From positions 279,310,001 through 279,374,000 of the forward strand of contig OZ024741.1 in assembly GCA_964016885.1 (NCBI GenBank): a DNA stretch of 64,000 nt. The letters are read 5' to 3'. Position numbers and translations under genes: made by a program. Below are positions 50,069-62,986 of the stretch, piece after piece. Every line of letters starts with the position of its first letter. The stretch's first letter is position 1. The stretch is from Eledone cirrhosa (taxonomy: Eukaryota). The notes beneath the pieces were generated by a model. It saw nothing but the letters and a program-made list of their open reading frames with translations, had not been told where the DNA came from and did no database searches.

Positions 50069-50203
50069 ACACTCCAAATTTGTTTATGGTTGAATCAGTC
50101 AATTCTATAAAGTTAGCAAATTCTTTGAATCAATCCTGCAGCAAATACCAATTTCTTGTGCCCCTCCGTGTAATGGTTCAAGTTAATACAAGTGCAGAGG
50201 AAA
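50069..50203 (+). CDS. PLPBP: PLPBP exon 5
   Basis: tttcag|AC ACT; TPNLFMVESVNSIKLA...LRVMVQVNTSAEE|gtgagt; 135 nt. Confidence 0.97.
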
Positions 50204-50519
50204 GTGAGTTGGTTTCTTTGAACCCTTTTTTCAAATCCTACACTGATTCCAGTTGAACTCAGAATTTAGAAAGGAAAAGGTCAAGTAGCTAGCATTGCAG
50301 ACCATCAGTTCTCTGCTTGTGAGTTTGCAGTCACAACAGTGTTGGTGATCAGATACAATATGAAGTTTGAGAAGACCTTTCAGTCAGGATGAGCATTTGA
50401 TAACCTCTCTAGTACTGGTGCCACTATAAAAATCTACCAAGTACACCGTTAAGTGTTAGTGTCAGTGCCACAAAAAAAAAACATACCTATTACTGTTCTA
50501 GTTAAGGAAAATGACAGTC

Positions 50520-50547
<28 letters not shown>

Positions 50548-50550
<3 letters not shown>

Positions 50551-50856
50551 ATCATCTCATCAACGTTTTACGTCCGTTCTTCCATGCTAGCCTGGGTTAG
50601 ACGGGTTGTCCTGTTGTGGGCAGTAGCCGGTCGGCTGACTATGCCTTGCTCATACGGGAACTGATTATGGCTTGATTTCTACAGCTGGATGCCCTTCCTA
50701 ACACCAACTTCATTTACAGTGAGTACTGGGTGCTTTTTTTCCGTTGCGCCTACACATCCACTTTACAGTGTGGGCTGGGTGCTTTTTTGCTGTGGCACCT
50801 CCATGACCACTTTGCAGTGGGAGGGTGTGGGGGCATATTATCTATATGCTTCAGCT
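50548..50856 (-). mobile_element. RTE 3' UTR fragment
   Basis: Reverse complement of 16797-17081. Confidence 0.85.
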
Positions 50857-51484
50857 TCGGCCAGTCTGTATTGTACTCAACAAATCTTTTCATAAGGCAC
50901 CTATTGTCATCTGTCATAATGTCCATTTTCCTTAGAATAAAAGGTGTTAAAATATATTTAAATATAGCATAATATATTTTTTTTATTTATTTAGCATATT
51001 TTAATACAGAAAATAATTTTTTAAATGTATTCTACGAAAATTATAAAACATTTACAGAATTTCAATATATACAATGTTTTTAGCGTCGATAGATTTATAG
51101 GTCTGGCTACCTCAAGAGATCATTTGTGAGAGATTTTGTTGATAGCACTCACTGTGATATTGTGGGGGTCGAGGATTTCTCTTTCACACAGCCATTCCTC
51201 ATTGGAATGGTGGATATGGAAATTGGGGAACACATAATTAATCAAGCTTCCATTGCTTTCCACAACAGTACAAAATGACAAAGATCAAAGTATCAAAAGA
51301 TTGATTTTCTATGAATTTAAACGGCTGAGAGGTGCTTATCTGTAACTCCGAGTGTTCCTCCCTCTTCCTGCCTCTGTTATTTGAACTGAAGAAATCTCTG
51401 AGGCTGGGAAAATCCAATGCCCTCTCCCATTCCGTTTTCAGAAAAGAAGGCGATAGCAAGCATGTTGAAGATCAGATTAGTTGA

Positions 51485-51655
51485 AAACACTTTAAAAAAA
51501 CCTAGGCAAAAAAACTTCAAAACACTCAAAAAAAACCTAGGCAAAAAAACCTCAAAACACTCAAAAAAACCTAGGCAAAAAAACCTCAAAACCCTCAAAA
51601 TAAACCTAGACAAAAAAACCTCAAAACACTAAAAAAAACCCAAGGCAAAAAAATT
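51485..51655. repeat. About 33-bp A-rich minisatellite
   Basis: AAAAAACCTAGGCAAAAAAACCTCAAAACACTC x5. Confidence 0.9.
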
Positions 51656-51775
51656 TCTTCATGATCCCCATATATAATAATAATAATGAAATTATTGTGT
51701 ACAGTGCTAAGGTGCACTACAACTTTCTCTCTCTCTCACTTCCTTTTTCTCTCTGTCTGTCTATATATATATATA

Positions 51776-51966
51776 CATCGGGGTGCTGAAAAGTTCCTGG
51801 CTTTGGATAAAAGAAAATACAGGGGAATCAGTTAATTATGATTTTATTCAAGATGTTCCCCTCTAGATGTACACACTTATTGCAGCTGTCTTACCTCCTC
51901 TGTAAAGGTAACACCAGCTCAACCCTTTCACAATACTCTTAAGCCAGGAACTTTTCAGCACCCCAG
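51776..51966. mobile_element. mariner-like MITE
   Basis: 24-bp perfect IR GGGGTGCTGAAAAGTTCCTGGCTT (51780-51803 / 51941-51964) within (TA)n. Confidence 0.8.
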
Positions 51967-53157
51967 TATATATATATATACATACAAGAAGAGTGAGACA
52001 CACATACAGATAGATAGAAAAGAGGTAGTGAGAAAGAGAGTGAGATATCAGACCAGCCAACAACAAATGAAAAATGTTTAAGTTAGTTAGTTAGAGAGAG
52101 GGGTAGGTGGATTGAGTGAGAGCTGAAGAAGTATTTCACTTTCTTTTTATAGATAGCATATGTGACGACCAGACAGTACCACTGAGCTAGAAATAACAGT
52201 AAATTCTCCCCCATACCATTTTCGAAAAATAAGTTGACAGTGAGCTTATGGAGGTCAGATTAGTTGAAGACATACAAAAAACCTTAATTATTATCAATTT
52301 TATTTAGTGTTATTAGTGGTACAAACAAACTTCTTTTTATAAGGATATAGATAGATATATATATAAATATTATATATATATAAGTGGGACTACCCCTGTC
52401 CAAACCCATGCAAGCGTGGAACACGGACGTTAAACGTTGATGATGATGATGATGATGATGATAGGAAATAGTTGTTTAACAATAATATGGTTCCTTCACC
52501 CTTCTACTCCTCTGATACACCTGTCCTGTCCAACCTCTGCTTGAAAAGTTGGACAGGCTCTACACCTGCTCTCCCACAGAGCTGGTGCCATGACAAAAAG
52601 CTCCCTGTCCACCCTGCACAGTGGTCATACTGGTGCCACGACAAAAGGCACCCACTCAACCCTGTAAAGTGATCATACAGATACCATGACAAAAAGCACC
52701 ATCTCCGCCTTGTAAGGTGGTTGTGCTGGTATCATGGTGTCACAACAACAAAAAGCACCCAGTTCACCTTGTAAAGTGATAGGGGTGGTGCCACGAAAAA
52801 CATCTCCCAGTAATATGGTTGGTATTAGGAAGGGCATCCAGCTGTAGAAAACTAAGCCCAAAACAAATACATATGAACAAAACATGGTCTTATGACATTG
52901 CTAGCCTCATAATGTGATGACCCCTCTAACCCATGCAAGCATAGAAAATAGACATTAAACAACAATGATATATACGTATGTATGTGTATCTATGTATGCA
53001 TATATCTGTATATGTAGAGATGTATGTATGCACGCACATATGTGTATATGTATATATGTGTCATCATCATCATCATCATCGTTTAATGTCTATCTTCCAC
53101 GCTAGCATGAGTTTAGACGACATATATATACACACACATATATATATATATATATCT

Positions 53158-54624
53158 TCACAAATACCAAATAGAAATACTATCAAACTATCTTACTCTA
53201 CTGCAACCAACATAGAATCACACATACATAAAATTAACTATAAAAGAATCTCTCATGAAAATAACCTACAAACAAACACCAAATACAAAACACAAACACA
53301 TAACATCACAACCACACACACGTCAGAACGCATCACAACAAAACATCAACAAACCCAAATCTCAGTCCATACATAACAACATTCAAAACCACATCGATGA
53401 ACCGGCACATAGGAAGGCCTCAAAATGTAACTGTCACTTACTGGATAAGTGCCCACTACAAAATAGATGCCTGGCGTCAAATATAGTGTACCTGTGTACT
53501 ATAAATTCAGGCAACTTAGCATGGCACTACATAGGTTCTACGGCAGGGGAGTTAAAAAAAAGATGGTACGTCCACAGACACTTTATAAAGAACCGTAGAC
53601 TAATGAACACAACAACGCTCTCCAATAAAATCTGGCAGCTTAAAGATACAAACCAAGAATACTGGATTAGCTGGTCGAAACTGTCAGCGGCAAAGGCCTA
53701 CAGAAATGGAATGTTCCACTGCGGACTTTGCAATATGGAGTTGCTCTATATTTTAAAATATGACAAAATGCTGCTTAACAGCAAAATAGAACGGTCAATT
53801 TTCTGTAGGCATAAAGCAGCTACTAAATTCGCTAATTTCAAACCAACTTGATTCGACCCAGCAATTCCATAATTCAAACTGTACCACCTGAGTCTACTAT
53901 AATAGCCCATTATTATTATTAACTGTCAATAAATCAACTAATCAATGAATCAACATCATAACCTCCTAACTTTTCTTTCTTTCACTCTCTTTCCCTAAAT
54001 CTATTTCACCTCTTACATTATATCCTATCGTATATCTTCACTTCTAACATAACTTCCAATTTATTAATTTATTAATTTAACCAATACATATATGTATATA
54101 TTTAGTATTTTCATGTTTATACCATCACATCTTTATATTTTAACCACCAACACCACAACTATTTTCAACAATCATATTGTTCACTTTTCTTCGCACATAT
54201 ATAAAAAAAAATTATTTATTTTTATCTTCATTCTAACTTATTTACTATTATTTATTTATTACTTTTTCTTTTTCTTTTTCTTTTTCTTTTTCTTTTTCTT
54301 TTTCTTTTTCTTTTTTTCTTTTTTTCTTTTTTTCTTTTTCTCTTCTTTTTTCTCTTCTTTTTTCTTTCTTTTTCTCTCTCTTTCTTTCTGTCTTTTTCTT
54401 TCTTTATTACTGATGTTATAATTTGAACTTTCCTAGTATATTACAAACGCTGTGTATAATTTTAATCAGTTTCTGATGATTTGGTTAAGCATACATTGTA
54501 TTTAAAATTGAGTGACACAACTTCAAGTGATTAGTAATTTTTAGACAACTTAATCAATGAAACAATTGTTAATACTATAATTAAAACCCTTTTTGTACTG
54601 TTGACCATGTTATTCTTCATTCTT

Positions 54625-54630
<6 letters not shown>
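53158..54630 (+). mobile_element. Naiad-type Penelope-like element, 3' part (GIY-YIG domain and pLTR)
   Basis: NRNTIKLSYS, CNC-x5-CP-x4-C, IVY..YIG..KKRW..H, CGLC, CRH; stop at 53851; hammerhead about 620 nt downstream. Confidence 0.88.
54460..54586 (+). ncRNA. Type I hammerhead motif with extended helix II
   Basis: TTTTAATcAGTTT-CTGATGA(54473-54479)-tTTGGTTAAG...CTTAATCAAt-GAAA(54559-54562)-CAATTG-TT-AAtACT..ATTAAAA. Confidence 0.68.
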
Positions 54631-54691
<61 letters not shown>

Positions 54692-54720
54692 TCAGTATGA
54701 TTCTACTTTAATGCTTTCAG

Positions 54721-54863
54721 GTAAGAGTGGTTGTCGTCCAGAAGAGGTTAAAGACATTGTGGAATTTGTCATTAACCAGTGTCCCCAACTAAAGTTCTGT
54801 GGTTTAATGACAATTGGATCATTCAACCATGACCTCAGTAAAGGACCAAATCCTGATTTCCAG
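54721..54863 (+). CDS. PLPBP: PLPBP exon 6
   Basis: tttcag|GT AAG; SKSGC...[28 protein letters not shown]|gtatgt; 143 nt. Confidence 0.97.
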
Positions 54864-54924
54864 GTATGTATAGATGTGTGTTTATATATATATATATATA
54901 CACATCATCATCATCATCATCAAT

Positions 54925-55200
54925 TTATAAACTGACAAAAATCAGTCTGTTGACACAGAAGTAAATATTTTAAAATTAGATCCAGACACATTATATGGTA
55001 TAACCCACCATATAATATGGAATTGGCCACATTAATAGCTAAAGCTTTTCTTACTTTAATTAGGAAGTATTTCTCCTTAGCACATAAATATAAGATTTTT
55101 AATAGAAACACAGTTAACATATCCTATTCTACAACTCCCAGCCTCGCACACAACATTGCTGCATCTAACTTAGCAAAATTACTGAGCCGTAGTAATATAA
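54925..55200 (+). mobile_element. Naiad-type PLE internal fragment
   Basis: RSRHIIWYNPPYN...YFSLAHKYKIFNRNTVNISYSTTP. Confidence 0.8.
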
Positions 55201-55544
55201 ACAATTCTGAATATAATATAATTTTATACTATAAGATAAGATATGCAAATATAGCAATTTGTATTATATATGTCCTTGTGTAGTATGTATAATACAAGAG
55301 AACTATATTGAATGTTAGGCAGTGAGATAATTTCAAAATGAAATAAGATAAAAAATATAAATGATATGTAATGTAGGTTTCAATATAAATACCTGAAAAA
55401 CACTAAATTATAAAGGTAAAAAGGTAAGAGTTTAGTCAGTACAAGACATAGAAGTTCAAGAAGAAACAAATGTAGTTTGAACGTAATGTATTTTTCATAA
55501 TTCATTTTTGTTCATTTATTTAACACCCAACTTTCATTATATTT

Positions 55545-55719
55545 GGAGGATTGGCAGTATCGATAGAGGGTCTGACGCCATGCTCTCCAGCATAGTTACG
55601 TCCCTTTACGATCTGAATTCAAATCCCGCCGAGGTTGACTTTGCCTTTCATCCTTACGGGGACGATAAAATAAAGTACCAGTAATGCACTGGGTAATTGC
55701 TGGCCTAGTGCCTAAAGTA
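55545..55719 (+). mobile_element. tRNA-derived SINE (family B)
   Basis: Same unit as 42627-42815. Confidence 0.88.
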
Positions 55720-55844
55720 AGGGGTTCCATTTGTTATGCTGTGTATGTGTGAATGTATGTCTGAGTACGTATTTTTGTAAGTGTGTCTGTGTTTGCATGT
55801 TTATATTTATATACATATAAATGTATGCATATGCACATACATAT

Positions 55845-58800
55845 AATAATAATAATAATGAAATTATTGTGTAAAGTGCTCAGGTGCACTACAATTCGTA
55901 AAAGGTGCATGTATAGTACATAGAATAATATACAAATGTCAGGGAAGTGAACAGTGTATAAGTCATGATATACATGTGTGCATGTGTATGGAGGGGGAAC
56001 ATTAGGTGTAGTGTTGGTGAATGTCGGGAAGCATGGAGGTTTTAAAGGATGCAGTGTCTCGACAGCTAACAACTGATGCAGGTAGTTTGTTCCATGCTTC
56101 AGCAACTCTGAGCGTGAAAAAAATGTTTCCAAAAGTCATGGGAGCTGTGCTGTTTTCTGACTTTGTAGGCATGCCCACATGTGTTAGACACATGGAAATC
56201 AAAAAGGTACTCAGGGTTGTTGTTGGCAAGATGGTTAACAAGTTTGTGGGTGTTTACCAAATCAGTTGCCAGGCGTCGGAGCTTCAATGTATCCATGCCC
56301 AGGGAAGCAAGGCGTTCAGAGTATGGTAGATGCCTGATGGAGGGTATTCGCTTGGTTGCACGTTTCTGAACAGTTTCCAGGCGGTCAATGTTCTGAGCAA
56401 GATAGAGGTTCCAGACTGGTGATGCAAATTCTAAGTGTGACCGCACTATAGCCATGTACAGCGTTAAATAGATAGCTGGAGAGCGGCTGACAAAGGTCTT
56501 GCTGAGTGATGCTAAGACACCCTCGGCCCTCTTGACAATTTTAGAGACGGGCTACGTCCAACACAAATCGCTGCTAACCGTAATGCCCAGGTCACGTTCA
56601 CAAGAAGACTTCTTGATATTAGTGCTGTGGAGGAAGTATGTGAACGCTGGGATTTTACTCCCAAAATGCATGGTGGTGCACTTGTCCACAGCTAGCTTGA
56701 GTTGCCAGTCTGAGATCCATTGTTGCATTGTGTCCAGGTCAGACTGCAAGCAAGATCTATAGTGTTCAGGATCTGTCCTTTTTATCTCAAGGTACAGCTT
56801 GATGTCATCTGCATACTTTAGTGCTGTGGCATTCTTTAAGTTGGCATCTATGTCATTAATATATGCCACAAACAAAAAGGGGCCAAGAACAGATCCCTGT
56901 GGTACACCAGATGACATCTCATATGGTGAGGAATGCTGTCCCAGAACCGTGACTACCTCTCTTCGACTGAGAATGAAGGACTTCAACCAGTTAAAAAGAT
57001 CATCCTTCACACCCATTGCAGAGAGTTTTGCCATAAGCCTTTTGTGTGGCACAGAATTGAAAGCTTTCGCAAAGTCAAGGTAACAACATCCACCCATGAG
57101 CCACCATCAGTGATCCAGGTGATGTCTTCAAGAAACTCAATAAGTTGAACACAGCAGCTGGAGTTGGGGATAAATCCAAATTGCGAGTGCCGGATAAGAC
57201 TGTGAGAGTTTCAGAAGTTCCAAAGTGTTTCTCTGACACAGATTCCATCAGTTTGGCAGTGCAACTAGTAAGACTGACTAGACGATAGTTCACAGGTGAT
57301 GTGCGGTCACCCTTTTTGAACAGAGGAATGACACTGGCAGTTTTCCACTATTCTGGAGTAGCACCGTTGTTCAGACAGAATTGGAAGAAGCGTGATAGCT
57401 GGTGCAGAAGGAAGTACCCACCACGTTTAAGAAGCAGGTACGTAACACCATCAAGACCAGGAGAGGCATGGTTGCGTTTATTTTTTAGGTGACGTCGCAG
57501 CATTGCAGGTGTAAATTCCATGGTTGTAATAGAATCCGGTGTCATAGGTGGTGGAGACGGTACACTCTGGTCTTCAATAGTGAAAATGCCTGCATAGCAT
57601 TCAACAATGAGCTCTGCGCATTCCTTGGGGTCGTCAGTAACCTGGCTTGTGTGGGGATTGTGAAGAGGACCAACTGGAGAGTGAGGCCTCTGCTTTGAGT
57701 GAACATACTTCCAGAACACCTTACTGTCAGGGCTGGTTGCTATGCGCTGCTCAAATTGAAGCACTGCCTTTTTTGTCACCTGTTTGAGGTGGTTGGACGA
57801 TCTATTTCGCCTCTTCCTATTGATGTCTGATTTGTGCAGTTTGTATTCACGTTCAGCATTGTGACGTTCTTTTCTGGCAAGACGGACTGCTGCAGTCTCC
57901 CAAATTGCACTTTTGGGATGTTTTTTCCGCTTACGTGGCACCGATGCTGCACATGCTGTCCATATTGAGCTCAGGATGTTCTGGAGTACAGTGTTGACAT
58001 CTCCAGAGTCGTAGAACTCAAGCCAGTTTGGATGTTGCAACTCGGTGTAGTAACAGTTCCAGTCTGCTTTATTCCAGTCAAAATGAGCAGTTTGGAGATG
58101 GTGGAGGTTCTTGTTACTGCCCATGTTGGATAGATTGGCAATGATCATAGCATGATCAGAGTCAGCTAAAGGTTCCTCAACAGTAACACTAATGGCCGTT
58201 TCAGGAGTAGTGGTGAAGAGTAGGTCCAAAGTGTTGTCACCTCTTGTTGGGGAGGTGACTACTTGGGACCAATTCGAGTCCAACACTAGCTCAAGGAAGT
58301 CATTTGCACTTGGCGGCCAACGAAAGGTTTCCCAGTCAATCTCAGGGTGTTTGAAGTCTCCTGCAATAAAAACATAAGTGGCTGTTTTCCTGGCAGCAGC
58401 TCTGAGGATATCACAAAGTTGAGTGTCATGATGGTAATTTGGGGGGACGATAAACGACTCCAAGTAGCAGTGTTGCATGGTCATATGTATATTGCAGAAA
58501 AAACTTCCTGCTGTGATTGGTTCAAATCAACACAAGGATTGCCGACAAATTTGACCAAACGTAGACCATTACACCACCATCACCACGATTAATGCGGTCT
58601 TTACGAAACAGGTCGTAGCCAGTTATGCTGAAAACCCCATCACAGAGTAAGGGATGTGCCCAAGTTTCCGTGACTGTAATGAAGTCAGGGTTGATAGGAG
58701 TCAAAAAGATGAATCTTATTGCATAGACTATGTGTATTCAAGGACAACAATTTCAATTTGTACCTTGAATCCAGTATATGATTATGTGCAGGGGATGGCA

Positions 58801-59330
58801 GGTTGTTCTGATTTAGTTTCCCAGAGTTTTTTCAGTTTTTTTATTGTCAGTTGTTGTGGGTACAGTGTTTTCAGACCAGCTGGTATCTCTTTTCCATGTT
58901 TCACCAGCCTTAACAAACTTCCATATTTGCCCATCATCACGTAGGCTGAAGCTTTCATGTTCTGCCGAGCTGCGGTTTAAGGAAGCTGCAGCACGCAACT
59001 TTGGGCGGACATGAGGTGGAAGACCAGGGCGTGTTCGGAAAGCAATCCAACTTTCACACCTAGCTTTATCAGAGACTACAAGGTATGAATGTGCCTCAGT
59101 TGAGTTCGAAAAAGACAGTCTAATTAGCCTGGGTTTCGGGCCTGGTTGGCCAAGGTGTAGAGCACCCTTCGTGGGAGCACAGCCCAAGTCTTTGGATGAA
59201 CTGGCAGCAAATGCCTGAAGATCAACTATGTCTTCTGGTACACCAATGGCAATCACGTCGTGGTTTGCAGATTCAGTGGCATTCTCAATGCGTCTAGGTT
59301 CAACATGAGGTACGCGGAGATATGTGTCAG
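55845..59330 (-). mobile_element. CR1/L2-group LINE: partial ORF1, APE endonuclease, RT, (ATT)n tail; disrupted
   Basis: ORF1 IGVPED..PRLIRLSF; VTETW, RKDR..GGV, GDF.HP, RGDNTLDL, SDH; NYRLVSLTS, YLDFAKAF, SGVPQGSVLGP, YADD, RSHLEFASPVW, FFTLRVAEAWNKLP. Confidence 0.95.
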
Positions 59331-59569
59331 CATGTTGAAAACAATCTTAGTATCTATAACAATAGGATATATGTCACCACCATACTAGCCCCACACCTAC
59401 CTTGGTTGAGCCTACCAAACCCATAATGCTTTGCATTGGCTAGCTAGCTATTCAGCAGTGGTCTGCGACAACAATAATACCTAGGTCACAAGCGATCTCT
59501 GAATCAAATATTTTTTCTATATTTTCTCTGTTTGTGTAAGCCAACATTCCTTTATTGATTAACTAATTA

Positions 59570-59642
59570 TGCAATCCACACCTGATGATGTTGCCAGGAT
59601 CTTACGTAACCAGGCCATTGAAATATATATAGTGTTTTTGCA
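59570..59642 (+). ncRNA. Type I minimal hammerhead motif
   Basis: TGCAAtccACAC-CTGATGA(59582-59588)-helix II GCCaGG/CCaGGC-GAAA(59620-59623)-TATATA-TA-GTGTttTTGCA. Confidence 0.7.
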
Positions 59643-59702
59643 ACAATAAAACTTTAAAGGAACATTACCAGTCCTGCCTCCTGTTACTTTAATCATACTT
59701 AT

Positions 59703-60495
59703 ATCATCATCATCGTTTAACGTCCATCTTCCATGCTTGCATGGGTTTGGATGGGAATTTTCCCACTTGAGGCAAGATTCGTTGTCTTGCTCGTATAGGA
59801 CTGTCTGGCAGGTTTTCTATGGCTGGATGCCCTTCCTAACACCAACCACGTTTACAGTGTGGACTGGAAGGTTTTTATCATGTTACCTACACGGCCACAT
59901 TACAGCGTGGACTGTGTGTTTTTTTTTTGTGGTGACACCTACACGACCTCATTTGTTTCGGACTGGATGTTGTGGTACCAACATAACTTTACATTGGAAG
60001 GGGTGGTGTGGATGGAGTGGGGGTAGTGGGACGGGGGTGTATTTTTGTTAAGAGGTGCCTACTGACTGTAGGTTTCGCTTTGTACTTAGGCAAGGCGGGT
60101 CTTCTGTATTACTGTGTAGCGCCAAAGATCTCGGTCCAGTGACATTGTCTTGGAGAGGTGTAAGTGTGTGAGGTCGAAATTTATCAAGTCGTCCCAGGTT
60201 TTTCTGGGTCTGCCTACTCCGTGGCTACCGTCTATTTTTATCGCCCTGCACTTTTTTATACAGCTGTTGTCTTTCGTGCGCATCACGTGACCATACCAAC
60301 GTAGTCTTCTCTCGAGTAAACAACATCTGATCCCTCTTATTCCTAATTTCTCCCTTAGTTCATTTATGCTTTGCCATTCATGTATATTACTATTACACAT
60401 CCAACGGAGCATGCAAGCTTTGTTCCTCTCCAGTCTGCGTAGATCCTCTGCACATAATGCCCAAGTCTCACTGCCATGTAACATTGCTGTTCGTA
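59703..60495 (-). mobile_element. RTE LINE 3' portion, close relative of 30043-30835
   Basis: HGSETW, RLRWYGHV, GRPRKTW, 3' UTR, (GAT)n. Confidence 0.92.
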
Positions 60496-60848
60496 TATAT
60501 AATATATATATATAAAATATAATCATTTCATTCTAAAACTATTTTTAACATCCTATAAAGAACCTTTACCCTTAGATGGACAGCTTATACCCTTATATAG
60601 ACAAGCCATGCCCTAATAAAATGGCCAGCTGACTGTTAACAGTCTGAAACATGCTGTTGAAATGGCAAGAACTCAGCCATTGGACCCCAACTCTTTCTAA
60701 TATAATCACATGCTACTATCCCAAGTATTGAGTACTCTGTTGAATAATGGTCTAACTAGTTTTAAACTGGTTTAATCCATATATGTGTGTTTGTGTGTAT
60801 AGGCTATATATGATAACTGTACAAAATGTGACGTCTTTGTTTTTCCAG

Positions 60849-60947
60849 AAATTAATTGAATGCAAAAGTGACTTATGTGAGCAACTTCAAGTATCTCCTG
60901 ATGAAGTAGAATTAAGTATGGGAATGTCAAACGATTTTGAACATGCA
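60849..60947 (+). CDS. PLPBP: PLPBP exon 7
   Basis: ttccag|AAA; ...VELSMGMSNDFEHA|gtaagt; 99 nt. Confidence 0.97.
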
Positions 60948-61024
60948 GTAAGTTCTTAAATTCAGATCTTTTTCGCTTTTATTTTTATACAATACAATTT
61001 TCTTTCATTTTATATATAAGTCAG

Positions 61025-61535
61025 TCCCTTCTGTAAAGTGGTAGTGCTAGTGCTATGACAAAAAGCACCCAGTCGACCCTGCAAGATGGTGGTGCTGGTG
61101 ATATGACAAAAAGCACCCAGTCCACCCTGTAAGGTGGTAATGCTGGTGTTATGACAAAAAGCACCCAGTCCACCCTGTAACGTGGTAATGCTGGTGTTAT
61201 GACAAAAAACTGCCTAGTCCACCCTGCTGGTGCTATGATGAAAAATATCCAGCCAACCCTATAAGGTGGTAGTACAGGTGCCATGGGAAAAGGAACCCAA
61301 TCCACTCTGCAAGGTGGTAGTGCTGGTGCCACGAAAAAAAGCACCTTGTCCACCCTATAAAGTGGGAGTGTTGGTGTCATGACAAAAAACACCCAGTACA
61401 TACTGTAAGGTGGTTAGGATTACGAAGGGCATCCAACCACAAAAACCAAACCAAAAATGGTTTGGTCATCTAACCTAACAGCCCAACTAACCGATGCAAG
61501 AATGAAAAATAAACATTAAATTATGATGATGATAT
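61025..61535 (+). repeat. 48-bp tandem array of the RTE/SINE 3'-UTR motif, ending in an RTE-type tail
   Basis: GACAAAAAGCACCCAGTCCACCCTGTAAGGTGG... about 8 copies, then GAAGGGCATCC and (GAT)n. Confidence 0.8.
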
Positions 61536-61731
61536 GTTAGCCCAAATAGTTGGGAGCTAACTTCCAGAATTTTTCTGTTAACTTTCAAGGACATTTGAAA
61601 AACACACACAATCACACTTGTGTGAACACATGCACTCATACACTCAGAAAAAGACAAACCCACATAAACTGTGATTCGTAGTCCATAGTCACACATGTAC
61701 ACACATTCAGATACAATTATACTTACATATA

Positions 61732-62080
61732 CAGTTGTTCTCCGGTATTCACGGAGGTTACATTCCTAGAGCAACTGCAAAGAGTGAAAAACCGCAAATA
61801 TTGGTTGCAGTCCATAAAAATGCCTATAAACGTCAAAATATAACGTAAAATATAATTTTAAAAAAAGAGATCATCTTATGCCAATAGGCTGGCAAATACA
61901 TTATATTGTTATTAATATTTTAGCATTAAAAAAATATATATATTGCCATGAAAAAAGCTATAAAAAATCCTAAGATGTTTACGATTCCGCAAATATGCGG
62001 TGGTTTCCATGAACAATTATTAGTTAGTTTCTAAGGAAAATACTGCGAATGTCGGGACCACAAATGCCGAGGGTACACTA
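61732..62080. mobile_element. Tigger/pogo-like MITE, decayed
   Basis: TA|CAGTTGTTCTCCGGTATT ... AATGCCGAGGGTACACTA|TA imperfect TIRs. Confidence 0.5.
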
Positions 62081-62288
62081 TATACTTATACACTCATACA
62101 TTTATACATATATACACATATACACTCTCACACAGCCATTTCTCTCTTTCTCTGTCTCTCTCATACACAGTCATCGCTCTCCCTCTCTATCCTCACTCAC
62201 TCTCCCCCTCTCTCTCCTCACTCACTCCCACCTCTCTCTCTCTCAATAAATTAGAAATGTAACAATCTATTTTTCTTAATTTTAACAG

Positions 62289-62405
62289 ATTGAATCAGGC
62301 AGCAGTAATGTCCGTGTGGGAAGCCTCATATTTGGGGCCCGTTCATATCCCGCTAAAGCTCAAGGAGACAACTTGCTCTCACACAAAGAGGAACAATCAA
62401 AATGA
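62289..62405 (+). CDS. PLPBP: PLPBP exon 8 (last)
   Basis: aacag|ATT; IESGSSNVRVGSLIFGARSY...K-TGA; 117 nt; total CDS 813 nt. Confidence 0.96.
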   Translation: MESGSSNVRVGSLIFGARSYPAKAQGDNLLSHKEEQSK

Positions 62406-62855
62406 TAAAGCTTAATGAAACAAGTAATTCTCTATTAAGTAAGCTATATTATTTAGAACACTCTTCCCATTTGACTGAAGTATGAAGACAAGAGCCATTT
62501 TAGAATACAACAATTAGATTTACGATCTGTTTACTACAACAAACAACAAAAACAAAAGGATGAAATTTAGTTGTATTGGGGGGGGAGTAAATCCTTTTTT
62601 TTTTAACCAGATATTGAAAGTTCTGTGTTTTGATTTTTATACATAACTGTAAATTCTATGATAAATGTGTTAACCCCTTCAAGACCATGTTTTTAATGAA
62701 ATACAATTTCTAGGGAGTTGTAACCAGCAGATAGTATCAACAATTGGAAAGACCAATGGAAACATTGTTTCCTTGGTCTGATCTGATGAATTCCACCCCC
62801 ACTCGGTAAGCGAATAATGTCTGGGATCTTGTTGGTTCAAATATTAAGTTAATAA

Positions 62856-62986
62856 TAATTGTTTCTACTTTAGGCACAAGGCCAGCAATTACCCAGTTCA
62901 TTACTGGTACTTTATTTCATCGACCCCGTGAGGATGAAAGGCAAAGTCAACCTCAGCGGGATTTGAACTCAGATCGTAAAGGGACG
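62856..62986 (-). mobile_element. SINE family B, 5'-truncated
   Basis: Matches the 3' 130 bp of the unit. Confidence 0.85.

Noticed and set aside
54092-54421. Poly-Phe ORF
   Set aside because: (TTTTTC)n pyrimidine tract inside the PLE 3' region
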